Positions 8,389-17,494 of a stretch of 26,949 nucleotides of DNA are shown here, one piece after another (positions within the stretch are counted from its first letter, which is position 1; each line of letters opens with the position of its first letter). A model generated the notes under the pieces. It worked only from the letters and a program-made list of their open reading frames with translations. It did not search any database and was not told where the DNA came from. The stretch lies in NCBI GenBank assembly GCA_039030515.1, contig JBCCEA010000046.1, positions 1-26,949 of the forward strand, written 5' to 3'. Both the position numbers and the translations under genes were made by a program. Origin of the DNA: Myxococcota bacterium. GTDB lineage: Bacteria > Myxococcota_A > Polyangia > Polyangiales > Houyiibacteriaceae.

Positions 8389-9369
8389 TTATGGAGTGCG
8401 AATCACGCATGCAGCACGCGTCGCCCAGTCCATGCCGTCGCGTAGATCCCGCATCACGAAAACCACCCGAACCACGCTGCCCTCCGGAGCGATTTCTGAG
8501 GATCGGGGCGCGGTCCATTCTACTTCGAGGGGATTGGTGTCGTCGTCGATGAAGGTGAACTGCCGCTCTATGTCGGGCAGCGTTGCGATGTGGGAAACCT
8601 GTAGTTCTTCGAGAACCATATCGTTTTCTATGTTGACGAAGGGTTCTCGGCTTCCAACGGCCCCATTCGGCTCTTCGTAGTCGCCATCGGCGAGGGTCAG
8701 CACGTAGTCAGTCTTAGGGCCTTCGTCTAAAGACGCCTCCAACTGGGGAAGGTCGCTACCCGCACAGCCTTCACGAACCGACTTATCTTCGACGTCTTGG
8801 ATCCAAGGCTGTCCATCGAGGGTGATCGCACCGAGGATCGGATGCCGATTGGCCGGTTCCACCGCTTCGTCCCAGACGGTGAGCACAAAACTAAAGGCAC
8901 GTGCTTCGACGCCCGCGCCCTGACAGAGGGTGTCGCTTTCGAGCGAGACGCTTCCTTCGATGCAAATAGTACCCGAAAGCAGCAGCGTTTCTGCGTTCTC
9001 GAGGGCCTCTGCGCTCGGTACTTCGAAGGCGATCGAAGGAGGAAGATCGTCTGGCGACGAGACGCTCCCCTGGTTGATAGCAAAAAGGCCTGAATCGCTG
9101 CAAATGTCGATCCCAAATCCCGTCTCTGCTCGGGGACACACGCCGACCACCCATTCGTAAGGGGTGAGCTCTGGCCCCAACACCAAGAACTCGACTTCGA
9201 CCGATTCACCGTGGGCAGGCCAAGCGCGTTGGGGGTCGCCTTCAATCCGGGTGCGCGCGCCGAGTACCCGAGTTCCTTCGAGATCGCTGCCGGAGGAGAG
9301 ACCGTCCGAACAACCGGACCAAGCGGCAAGCGAGAGGGACACGAACGCTAGACCTATGCTTCGATTCAT
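8389..9369 (-). CDS. Putative lipoprotein, partner of the TonB-dependent receptor
   Basis: Start moved to ATG 9369 (MNRSIGLAFVSLSLAAWSG-C lipobox). ATGA overlap with the receptor stop. Acidic, Cys-containing body ending RDLRDGMDWATR. Confidence 0.85.
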   Translation of the reverse strand: MNRSIGLAFVSLSLAAWSGCSDGLSSGSDLEGTRVLGARTRIEGDPQRAWPAHGESVEVEFLVLGPELTPYEWVVGVCPRAETGFGIDICSDSGLFAINQGSVSSPDDLPPSIAFEVPSAEALENAETLLLSGTICIEGSVSLESDTLCQGAGVEARAFSFVLTVWDEAVEPANRHPILGAITLDGQPWIQDVEDKSVREGCAGSDLPQLEASLDEGPKTDYVLTLADGDYEEPNGAVGSREPFVNIENDMVLEELQVSHIATLPDIERQFTFIDDDTNPLEVEWTAPRSSEIAPEGSVVRVVFVMRDLRDGMDWATRAACVIRTP

Positions 9370-12173
9370 AGTTCGCCTCGCATTCCAAGCGCCGGTATGA
9401 TCGGTAGCCCGTTCAGTGCAGTCGATTCCGTGTAGTCGAAGTTGTAGATAGTGCCTTCGGAATTGGTTGCGTTGTAAACGTTTTGCACGTCGAGGAAGAT
9501 CGCAAACTTCCATAGATCGAAAGCCCATTTCTTTTCGATGCGTACGTCGAGTCGATGGAACAACGGGGCTCGACCTGAGTTGATATCCCCATTGACCGCG
9601 AGGTAGACGTCGTTGTTGGCGTCGTAGCTGGAACCAGCAACAGGGGTGTCGGGATTGCCGGATACAAGGCGAAGCGTGGTGCCTACCTCCCAGCCCTTGG
9701 GCAGTTGATAGACTGCAGCTAAGTTGAAAATATGGGTTTGGTCGAAGTCGAAGGGGCGGAATGATTCACCCGGCGCGTCGCGTCGCTCGCTCCGAGAAAG
9801 CGTGTAGCTGAGGTAGCCAAAAAATCCCTTGGTCGGCCTTACCTGCGCGGAGATTTCCATGCCGTAGATGCGACCCACACCCTTGTTTCTAAAGAAAGGC
9901 GCCTCACCGTTTTCTGTTTCGACCACGCGATCCCAAAGCCACTTATAAAAGCCCTCGACCCCGACTTCGATCGTTTCGGTGAAGTCATGCTCCACGCCGA
10001 GCCCCACGTGCACTGAGTGGAACGGGTCGAGGTTGGGATTGCCGATTTCTTCAATGCTTTCCTGAAACTCAGGCGGCTGACTGTACAGACCCACGCCGCC
10101 TTTGATGCGCGTTTGGTCGGTCACGCTGTAAACGGCGACGCTTCTCGGATCGAAAGACCACTTATCGATTTCGCTGTAGTAGTCGGCCCGAAATCCTAGA
10201 TTGAGCAAGAGGGGCTCCACCGGACGCAGTTCGGTCTCTACGTAGAAACCCGGGCGGTATACCTGATCGACCGGTTGCGCGATGACCTGCTCCTGAGTGG
10301 AAAGCGGCTCGTCCTGACCGGTGCCTTCGATCTGTCGAGGCTGGGGACCGACGTAGTCGATGCTGAAGGGGGTGATGTCGAGATCCGTTCCGACGATGAC
10401 GCGCGCCCATTCAGCAAGGCGTGCCCGCCATTCGGTTCGAAGCGTGATCTCGAGAAAGCGCCCTTGAAAACTGAACTCGTCACCCAATCCGAAGTCCAGG
10501 TTGGTCGGGCCGACGCGAAGGTTGGTCTCCTGCTCAAATCCTGGAGCGTAGGTATGATCCCACGATAGGTGCCCAAAATGAAACTGGGTGTCCAGATTCG
10601 CGTTGCCGCGGACGGAGGGATCGTCCTCAGCAAAACCGTCACTGAGCAGTATTTTGAAGGTGTCTCTTACGCCGTAGAGCTGAAATCGGAAGCGGTCGTT
10701 TGGGGTGGGACGCCAGCTCAAGATCAACTGGTAGTCTTCGTATACGGGGGCGGTGACGATGTCTAAGGTATCGTCGGGAATCAAAGTCTCGATGAAGAAG
10801 TCGAGCACACTTCTGCGGGCGGCGATCGCCATCGAGAGCTCGTCGGTAATAGGAAACTCGAGCATCAGCGAGACGTCGATAAAACTCGTTTCGATCACTC
10901 CGTGAAGCCGATCGCTTGCGGGATCGCGAGAGCTTACTTCGAGCACGCCTCCGGTCTTGCGCCCATAGCGGGCTGAGAAGTTACCCGGGTAAAAGTCGAT
11001 CTGCTCTAAGAGCCTTGAATTGTAAAAGCTCGTGAGTCCGCCGAAGTGGTAGAGCAGCGGCACTTCGACACCGTGAAAACGGATGGTGCTATCTTCAGGC
11101 GCGCTACCGCGGATGATCAGCGCTCCGGCTCCAAAGGCTGGCCGCCCTACCCCGGGGAGAATCTCCACCGCGCGCAGTGCATCCCCTCGAGTGCCCGGAA
11201 TACGGGTGAGCTGCTCCCGCTGAATCGATCGTCGAACCACCTCACGAGGGGGCGGATCGGCGACCGCGGTTGCGGAGAAGGTGTCGCTGCTGGCGGACGC
11301 ATCGGAGCGGAGCATGCGGTAGACGATCGAGGTCGCCTCGCCCGAAGCCACTTCTTCAGAGGAGACGTAGGCTTCAAAACCCTCGGCCGCGATGCGCACT
11401 TCGTAACTCCCCGGAGCAAGCGAACCGACAGAAAACCGGCCGTCGGCATCGGAGACGACAGCCACCGATCCCTCACCCACCATTTGCGTCGTCTCGCCAG
11501 GCGTTTGCGTCGTCTCGCCAGGCATTTGAACGGAAATCGCTGCGTCGACGATCGGGGCGTCGTCTCCGGCATCGAGCACCTGACCTTCTAGAAGACCGGG
11601 GGGCGGTGCTTCGTCTTCTACCTCCTCGACTTCTGGCTCCTGCGTGAGCTCAAACACGTAGCGATACCTGATGATCGAAGGGATCGGCTCGGCATCACGG
11701 GTGGCGGGTTCGAATAAAAAACGCCGGGCGGCCTCGGCAGCAGCCTCATCAAATCCAGACCCGGCCGGAGTCACCACGATCGCATCGGTCACTCTTCCTT
11801 CGGCGTCGATGGTGAGCTCGAGTTCTACCGTGCCTTCAAGGCCATATTCGGCGGCAGCCTCCGGATAGGTCGCGCTCGCAAACTGAACCAGGCTCGGGGG
11901 CACGAGAACCGGCTCTGCCTCAGCTTCCGTTTCCTGGGCGCGCGCGCGCTGAATCGGTGGCGCCCCCCAGAGCAAAGACCCGTGAGGCATAAGCGTCCAA
12001 AGCAGCCATCCGAAGAGGAGCGACTTTTTCGGGATGAGCGCTCGGATCCCGCGAGGCGCAAGCGCGGTAACGTGCATTGGGTACGGGGTCACGGGGGGAC
12101 AACCTATGTGCTGGCCGGGTTCTTCCGCAAGATAGACGCAGGCTTGGCGATACCGCACGATGGGCGAGTTCAC
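9366..12173 (-). CDS. TonB-dependent receptor with N-terminal TonB C-terminal domain and carboxypeptidase-regulatory-like domain
   Basis: TonB-C domain (YPEAA..GLEGTVELELTIDAEGRV..GFDEAA..FEPA), CarboxypepD_reg-like (SDADGRFSV..LAPGSYEV), plug (IPGTRGDALRAVEILPGV..IRGS; YPGNFSARYG) and beta-barrel ending LGMRGEL. The GTG at 12173 overlaps the ychF stop, and the true start may lie further downstream. Confidence 0.93.
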   Translation of the reverse strand: MNSPIVRYRQACVYLAEEPGQHIGCPPVTPYPMHVTALAPRGIRALIPKKSLLFGWLLWTLMPHGSLLWGAPPIQRARAQETEAEAEPVLVPPSLVQFASATYPEAAAEYGLEGTVELELTIDAEGRVTDAIVVTPAGSGFDEAAAEAARRFLFEPATRDAEPIPSIIRYRYVFELTQEPEVEEVEDEAPPPGLLEGQVLDAGDDAPIVDAAISVQMPGETTQTPGETTQMVGEGSVAVVSDADGRFSVGSLAPGSYEVRIAAEGFEAYVSSEEVASGEATSIVYRMLRSDASASSDTFSATAVADPPPREVVRRSIQREQLTRIPGTRGDALRAVEILPGVGRPAFGAGALIIRGSAPEDSTIRFHGVEVPLLYHFGGLTSFYNSRLLEQIDFYPGNFSARYGRKTGGVLEVSSRDPASDRLHGVIETSFIDVSLMLEFPITDELSMAIAARRSVLDFFIETLIPDDTLDIVTAPVYEDYQLILSWRPTPNDRFRFQLYGVRDTFKILLSDGFAEDDPSVRGNANLDTQFHFGHLSWDHTYAPGFEQETNLRVGPTNLDFGLGDEFSFQGRFLEITLRTEWRARLAEWARVIVGTDLDITPFSIDYVGPQPRQIEGTGQDEPLSTQEQVIAQPVDQVYRPGFYVETELRPVEPLLLNLGFRADYYSEIDKWSFDPRSVAVYSVTDQTRIKGGVGLYSQPPEFQESIEEIGNPNLDPFHSVHVGLGVEHDFTETIEVGVEGFYKWLWDRVVETENGEAPFFRNKGVGRIYGMEISAQVRPTKGFFGYLSYTLSRSERRDAPGESFRPFDFDQTHIFNLAAVYQLPKGWEVGTTLRLVSGNPDTPVAGSSYDANNDVYLAVNGDINSGRAPLFHRLDVRIEKKWAFDLWKFAIFLDVQNVYNATNSEGTIYNFDYTESTALNGLPIIPALGMRGEL
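11483..11524. repeat. In-frame 21-bp tandem duplication (PGETTQT/PGETTQM)
   Basis: tttgcgtcgtctcgccaggc at 11483-11502 and 11504-11523. Confidence 0.9.
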
Positions 12174-13273
12174 ACGTTGTAGCGAAAGTGCATGACGTCT
12201 CCGTCGCGCACTTCGTAGTCTTTGCCCTCGACGGACATCTTGCCGGCAGCTTTCACCGCCGCCTCAGACCCTAGCGCGACGAGGTCACTGTAGTGCATTA
12301 CCTCGGCGCGGATGAATCCCCGTTCAAAATCGGAATGAATCTTACCGGCAGCTTGGGGGGCCTTTGTGCCTTTTTGAACGGTCCAGGCATGCACCTCCGG
12401 CTTACCCGCGGTGAAGTAGGTGATGAGCCGCAGCGTTTCGTAGCCGGTTCGGATCACGTGATGCAGACCCGGCTCCTGCAAACCGACCGAATCTAGAAAT
12501 TCTCCGCGATCCGACTCGGGCAGCTGCATGATCTCGGCTTCAATCGCCGCGCAGATCACGCACAGCGAGCTCCCTCGACCCTCCACCAAGGCCCGCACCT
12601 TCGATACGAGGGGGTCACCATCCAGTGTACCGAGCTGATCTTCCTTCACGTTGGCGACAAAGAACATCGGCTTGGCGGTGAGGAGAAATAAGTCTCGCAG
12701 CACCCGTTCTTCATCATCGTCCTGCACGTCGATCTGTGATGCCGGGGCTCCGGAATCGAGCAGCGCCACCAGACGCTCACAAAAAGGCAGGGCCTTCCGT
12801 TCGAGTGCGTCCTTGCCCTTGGCCGCCTTCTTGGCTTTTTCGAGACGTCTCTGAACCGCGTCAAGGTCGGTGAGAATGAGTTCGGTTTCGATGGTCTCTA
12901 TATCGGCCAGCGGGTCGACTCGGTTGTCTACGTGGAGGATATTTTCGTCTTCGAAACAGCGGACCACATGGGCGATGGCGTCTACATCCCGAATGTGGCT
13001 GAGAAACGCGTTGCCGCGGCCTTCGCCTTTGTTGGCGCCGCGAACTAGACCGGCGATATCGACAAAATCGACGGTGGCGGGCACCGTTTTCGCGGGTTCA
13101 AAATGTTCCAGTAGCGCATCAAAGCGGCGATCCGGGACCGGGACGACGCCCACGTTGGGGTCTATCGTGCAAAACGCATAGTTGGCCGCTTCCGCTTGCT
13201 TGCTGCTGAGCGCGTTGAACAGAGTAGACTTACCGACGTTCGGTAAACCAACGATTCCTACGGATAGACCCAC
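12170..13273 (-). CDS. ychF: Obg-family ATPase YchF
   Basis: [72 protein letters not shown] and [11 protein letters not shown] motifs. GTG start with GAGGTG upstream. Confidence 0.98.
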   Translation of the reverse strand: MGLSVGIVGLPNVGKSTLFNALSSKQAEAANYAFCTIDPNVGVVPVPDRRFDALLEHFEPAKTVPATVDFVDIAGLVRGANKGEGRGNAFLSHIRDVDAIAHVVRCFEDENILHVDNRVDPLADIETIETELILTDLDAVQRRLEKAKKAAKGKDALERKALPFCERLVALLDSGAPASQIDVQDDDEERVLRDLFLLTAKPMFFVANVKEDQLGTLDGDPLVSKVRALVEGRGSSLCVICAAIEAEIMQLPESDRGEFLDSVGLQEPGLHHVIRTGYETLRLITYFTAGKPEVHAWTVQKGTKAPQAAGKIHSDFERGFIRAEVMHYSDLVALGSEAAVKAAGKMSVEGKDYEVRDGDVMHFRYNV

Positions 13274-13345
13274 AACACACCTCGCAGACTTGGAGAAACG
13301 CGGTGGCGGGATAGCAGGAAGCGTTTGCGCGTGCGATGCGGATGC

Positions 13346-13361
13346 GTCACTTACAAGTCAC
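13346..13361 (+). promoter_or_regulatory. Pho-box-like direct repeat GTCAC-N6-GTCAC
   Basis: Two GTCAC copies at 11-bp period, ending 28 nt upstream of the response regulator ATG (13390). Confidence 0.55.
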
Positions 13362-13389
13362 GCACTGCAGACATGGTGAGCCCGATCGA

Positions 13390-14094
13390 ATGAGCGCCCA
13401 CATCCTTGTCGTTGAAGACGAAGCGGACCTTGCGGAGCTGGTCGCGTTCAATCTACGCGACGCCAACCATACGGTAGTGACGGTCGCAGACGGTGCTTCT
13501 GCACACGGAGAAGCCAAGCGAAAGCGTCCCGATCTCGTCGTGCTCGACATCATGCTGCCGGATATCAGCGGCATCGAGGTGTGTCGGCGCTTTCGCCGCG
13601 ATCAAGAGACCAGAGACGTGCCTATCTTGATGCTCACCGCGCGCGGCGAAGAAGTCGATCGGGTGGTCGGCTTTGAGGTTGGGGCAGACGACTACGTGCT
13701 GAAACCGTTTAGCCCGCGAGAGCTGGTGCTGCGCGTGGAAGCGATTTTGCGCCGATCGATGACCGAGGAGGAACACGTCGAGCGAGACCTGATCGTATGC
13801 GGCGATCTGACGATCGACGTGCCCGCCCATCGAGCGACCGTGTGCGGTACCGACGCAGGACTGACGGCGCTGGAGTTCAGACTGCTCCTCGATCTTGCGA
13901 GCCGTAAAGGCAGGGTTCAGCCACGGGAGGCCCTTCTAGAGCGGGTGTGGGGCTATGCGCCCGGCGTCGAAACGCGAACGGTGGATACGCATGTGAAGCG
14001 GCTACGCGAAAAGCTCGGGGAGGCCGCCATCTATGTGGAGACCGTTCGAGGCGTAGGGTACCGACTCCGCGACAGTGTTCAAACGATGGCATAG
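13390..14094 (+). CDS. phoB: OmpR/PhoB-family response regulator (PhoB/PhoP-like)
   Basis: ILVVEDE, LDIMLPD, MLTARGEE.DRV.G.E.GADDY..KPFSPREL and winged-helix TRTVDTHVKRLREKLG..ETVRGVGY. Start set at ATG 13390. The symbol rests on PhoB-type motifs and the adjacent PhoR-like kinase. Confidence 0.88.
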   Translation: MSAHILVVEDEADLAELVAFNLRDANHTVVTVADGASAHGEAKRKRPDLVVLDIMLPDISGIEVCRRFRRDQETRDVPILMLTARGEEVDRVVGFEVGADDYVLKPFSPRELVLRVEAILRRSMTEEEHVERDLIVCGDLTIDVPAHRATVCGTDAGLTALEFRLLLDLASRKGRVQPREALLERVWGYAPGVETRTVDTHVKRLREKLGEAAIYVETVRGVGYRLRDSVQTMA

Positions 14095-14167
14095 GTTATC
14101 GAGCGCCTCCGGAGGATCTGCTTCACCCAAGTTCCTCGCGGAGACCGCTAAGGGGGCCGTCACGGCA

Positions 14168-15973
14168 ATGGGGACCGTATCGGAAAAGATGACTACCTTC
14201 GCGGTGGGCGGGCTTCGCTCCAACTTGATCGGCGCAATCGTGACCTCCACTGGAGCTTTGGTGCTCACGTTGATGCTGATCGAAGACCCTTTGATCGAGT
14301 TTCGCGAAACCGAACGTGTACGCCGAGAACTCGTCGACACGGCGGAGCGGATCGTCGCAGAGTGGGAAGCGGTCGATGAAATCGATCAGCTGGCCGATCT
14401 CGTGGGCGCAGAGACGGGGAGCCACATCACCATCGTCGATTCTGAAGGACGGGTGCGCGGCGATACGGCTTGGGATGGGGTCGATCTTGCGGCAAAGGCC
14501 GAGGCGGGTACGGAGCTGATCGAGGAAGCCCGCAGAAACGGGGAAGCATTTCGGGTAGAGCGGGTTGGCGCACGTCAAGTGCGGGTGGCTCGAGCAGGGA
14601 CGGGCCCGACGGGCACAACCTGGGTGGTACAGGTCAAAACGACTCTTGCCGCCATTCAGTCTTCTCAGGAAACGATGCGAGAGCTGGTGGTTGTCGCTGG
14701 TTTTCTGGCGATTCTTTTTTCAGGCATTCTCGCAGCGGTCCTCTCTCGAACGATGGTGCGTCCGATGGCGGCGCTTACCGAAGCAGCTGATGCCTTTGCC
14801 ACCGGCGACCTTTCCCGGCGAATGCGCAGCAGCCGCAACGATGAGCTCGGCAGGCTCGGTCGCTCACTCGATCGCATGGCCGACCAGCTCCAGGAACGAT
14901 TGGAAACCCTGGGCGCAGAGCGAGCCCGGCTTCAAACGGTGCTCGATGCGATGGTGGAGTCGGTGTTCGTGGCTGATGAACGGGGCCGGATCGTCATGAC
15001 CAATGCGGCACTCGATCGCTTCGTCGGAACCAATGTCACCGGACGAACCGCCGTGGAAGCGATCCGCAGCCCAGATCTGCAGGACGCGGTACGGCTTGCT
15101 CGTCGGGGCACGACAAGCTCGGTCGACTTCACCGTTCAAGTCGCAGACGAAAGCCGAGAGCTTGCCGCCCAAGTAGCGCCCCTACCCGATCAAGCAGGGG
15201 TGGTCGCGGTACTCCACGACGTCACAGAGATGAAGATGTCCGACCGAATTCGCCGAGATTTTGTCGCCAACGCCAGTCACGAGTTGCGAACTCCGCTAAC
15301 CGCCATCCGCGGCTTCGCCGAAACCCTTCGCGATGGTGCACTCCACAACCCGGATGTAGCGGGTCGTTTTCTGCAGAAGATCCTGATGAACGCGAGGCGA
15401 TTGCAGCGATTGGTGGGCGATCTCGTCGTATTGTCTCGAGCAGAGTCCCCCGAGCAGCGGTACGAGCTGGAAGCCGTGTCGGTCGCGCCTTTTGCGATAG
15501 ACGTGATCTCGGGACTCGAGTCCCAATCGAAGAAAAAGAAAGTACAGGTCGATCTCGACGCTGAGGACCCCTGCCCACCCGCACGCACCAGCGATAAGGC
15601 CCTCGATCAGATCCTGGTCAACCTCATCGACAACGCGATCAAGTACACCGACGAGGGAGGTCGGGTCACCGTGCGCATTCGCTACGAGCGCCCCAACGTG
15701 GTTTTACAGGTCTCAAATACCGGTCAGGGCATCGAAGAGCATCACCTAGAGCGGATTTTCGAACGCTTTTACCGCATCGACGAGGGAAGATCGCGCGAAT
15801 TTGGCGGGACAGGCCTCGGACTCGCCATCGTGAAACACCTGTGTGCAGCGATCGACGCTCAGATCGATGTGACGAGTGAGCTCGGCGTAGGCACGGTGTT
15901 TTCGATTCGCTTTCCGGAGTGGCAGGTGGATTCAGACCCTCAGGAAACTCTGCCGACCTGGCGCGCAGTTTAG
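14168..15973 (+). CDS. phoR: PhoR-like sensor histidine kinase (2 TM, HAMP, PAS, HisKA, HATPase)
   Basis: HAMP (RPMAAL..DELGRLGRSLDRMA), PAS, H-box RRDFVANASHELRTPLTAIRGFAETL, N-box NLIDNAIKYT, IFERFYRID..RSR..GGTGLGLAIVKH. Start is ATG 14168 or 14189. Confidence 0.88.
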   Translation: MGTVSEKMTTFAVGGLRSNLIGAIVTSTGALVLTLMLIEDPLIEFRETERVRRELVDTAERIVAEWEAVDEIDQLADLVGAETGSHITIVDSEGRVRGDTAWDGVDLAAKAEAGTELIEEARRNGEAFRVERVGARQVRVARAGTGPTGTTWVVQVKTTLAAIQSSQETMRELVVVAGFLAILFSGILAAVLSRTMVRPMAALTEAADAFATGDLSRRMRSSRNDELGRLGRSLDRMADQLQERLETLGAERARLQTVLDAMVESVFVADERGRIVMTNAALDRFVGTNVTGRTAVEAIRSPDLQDAVRLARRGTTSSVDFTVQVADESRELAAQVAPLPDQAGVVAVLHDVTEMKMSDRIRRDFVANASHELRTPLTAIRGFAETLRDGALHNPDVAGRFLQKILMNARRLQRLVGDLVVLSRAESPEQRYELEAVSVAPFAIDVISGLESQSKKKKVQVDLDAEDPCPPARTSDKALDQILVNLIDNAIKYTDEGGRVTVRIRYERPNVVLQVSNTGQGIEEHHLERIFERFYRIDEGRSREFGGTGLGLAIVKHLCAAIDAQIDVTSELGVGTVFSIRFPEWQVDSDPQETLPTWRAV

Positions 15974-15999
15974 TTGCAAAACGTACTGGCGGATGCGCT

Positions 16000-16680
16000 T
16001 CACTCTCGCATTCGATAGCCGACGCCACGCACGGTTTCGATCCAGCGGCCGGCATCACCGAGCTTTTCTCGCAGCCGCTTAACGTGCGTATCGACCGTGC
16101 GGGTATCGAGGCCGCTTGGATACTGCCAAACCCGTTCGAGTAGCTCGTCGCGCCGCTGGACACGCCCTTTGCGCTCCGCAAGGTCGATGAGCAAACGAAA
16201 CTCGAGTGCGGTGAGGGGAACTTCATCGTCGTTGATGACCACTTCATGTCGGCCGATGTGGATGCGCATCGGGCCTGCCGCAAGAATATCCTTGGCGTTG
16301 ACGATCGGTACTTTGGCGCGGCGAAGCACGGCAAGCACTCGAAGCATCAGTTCTCTCGGGCTGTAGGGTTTGGTCACGTAGTCGTCTGCGCCGAGCTCAA
16401 AACCGATCACGCGATCGATCTCTTCACCGCGCTCGGTAACCAGCACCACCGGAAGCTGTCGGGTTTGAGGGTCTTCGCGAACACGTTTCAGCACCTCGGT
16501 TCCGGGCACGTCGGAGAGCGAGAGGTCCAGCAGCATCAGAGCAGGCTTGAGACGGATGACTTCTTCGAGTGCCTGGGCCCCACTTTCGAGAATCGTGACT
16601 GAAAAGCCGTGCTCCTCTAGGCGAGAGACGATCTGCGCTTGGCCTGCCGCGTCTCGATCGACGATTAAGATATTCTGCAT
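16000..16680 (-). CDS. Second OmpR/PhoB-family response regulator with atypical acidic pocket
   Basis: Start ATG 16680 (MQNILIVDRD). LLDLSLSD, GFELGADDYVTKPYSPREL and TRTVDTHVKRLREKLG motifs. Convergent with phoR. Confidence 0.93.
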   Translation of the reverse strand: MQNILIVDRDAAGQAQIVSRLEEHGFSVTILESGAQALEEVIRLKPALMLLDLSLSDVPGTEVLKRVREDPQTRQLPVVLVTERGEEIDRVIGFELGADDYVTKPYSPRELMLRVLAVLRRAKVPIVNAKDILAAGPMRIHIGRHEVVINDDEVPLTALEFRLLIDLAERKGRVQRRDELLERVWQYPSGLDTRTVDTHVKRLREKLGDAGRWIETVRGVGYRMRE

Positions 16681-16710
16681 GTTCACTTCGGTAGAACGGT
16701 CGCAAGCTCG

Positions 16711-16738
16711 TGTAACGCGGATGTGTCTTATTTGTATC
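16711..16738 (-). promoter_or_regulatory. Three Pho-box-like half sites at 11-bp period (GATACA, GACACA, GTTACA)
   Basis: Plus strand tgtaac 16711-16716, tgtgtc 16722-16727 and tgtatc 16733-16738, lying 30 nt upstream of ATG 16680. Confidence 0.5.
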
Positions 16739-16756
16739 GGTGTCGCAATTGCCGAA

Positions 16757-17287
16757 TCAGACTTTGACTTCGATCTCGATTTGATTCTTGACCCGTAGCG
16801 CCCCAAGGGCAGCTCGGTATGGACGCAGACCGAAGTCGGTAAGCAGGAGAGGAAATCGAGCTTGCCAACGATCTAGCGATCTCTCTAGGCCCTGAGCAGC
16901 CACTTCTTTTTGCGCAGAAAGCGCAATCGAGCTCGTAACCCCTGCCAGTGTGAGCGTGCCTTCGATACGGGCGGAGCCTCCCTCGATCAAGATCGACGAG
17001 GACGCAAAAGAGATCGGTTCTCTGAACACCAAAACCTCAGTGCGGATCGCCTGTTCGATCGCGCGTTTCTCCTTCGGACTCAACTGGTGAAACCGGCCCT
17101 GCCGGCTCCATGCCGCGTCGACCTCCAGAGATGGCTCAACTTCGGCGCGAATCTCACTCAGATCTTCGCTGATCTCGATAAGACATCGCGTTACTCGAAG
17201 ACGCAGATCGTGCCCGAGCCCCGCAAGAGGACCTTCTTTGTACGTGTAGACGAAAATGGCAGCGTTGGTACGTTCAAAACGAGGCAT
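16757..17287 (-). CDS. YceI-like (lipid/polyisoprenoid-binding) protein
   Basis: VYTYKEG.L..LGHDL, EPISFASS, IEGTLTLAGVT and LTDFGLRPY.A.LGAL.V pattern of YceI-like proteins. No signal peptide. Confidence 0.72.
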   Translation of the reverse strand: MPRFERTNAAIFVYTYKEGPLAGLGHDLRLRVTRCLIEISEDLSEIRAEVEPSLEVDAAWSRQGRFHQLSPKEKRAIEQAIRTEVLVFREPISFASSSILIEGGSARIEGTLTLAGVTSSIALSAQKEVAAQGLERSLDRWQARFPLLLTDFGLRPYRAALGALRVKNQIEIEVKV

Positions 17288-17494
17288 AGCTACAGCTACT
17301 TTACAACTCAGTCGGGCCGACTGTCGCTAAACGATCGGTGGGTGCCCATGCGATCTCGAAATGGGCTCACGCCAATTGAACTGGACTCGTCTTCGCGTGG
17401 AGACCGCAGCGAGGGACTCTGTGGCAAGCAGTCTCGATAGCAAGCCTTCTCGGTGGCAAGCTATCTCAGCAGCAAACCGGCCCGTCCGTGTCGC

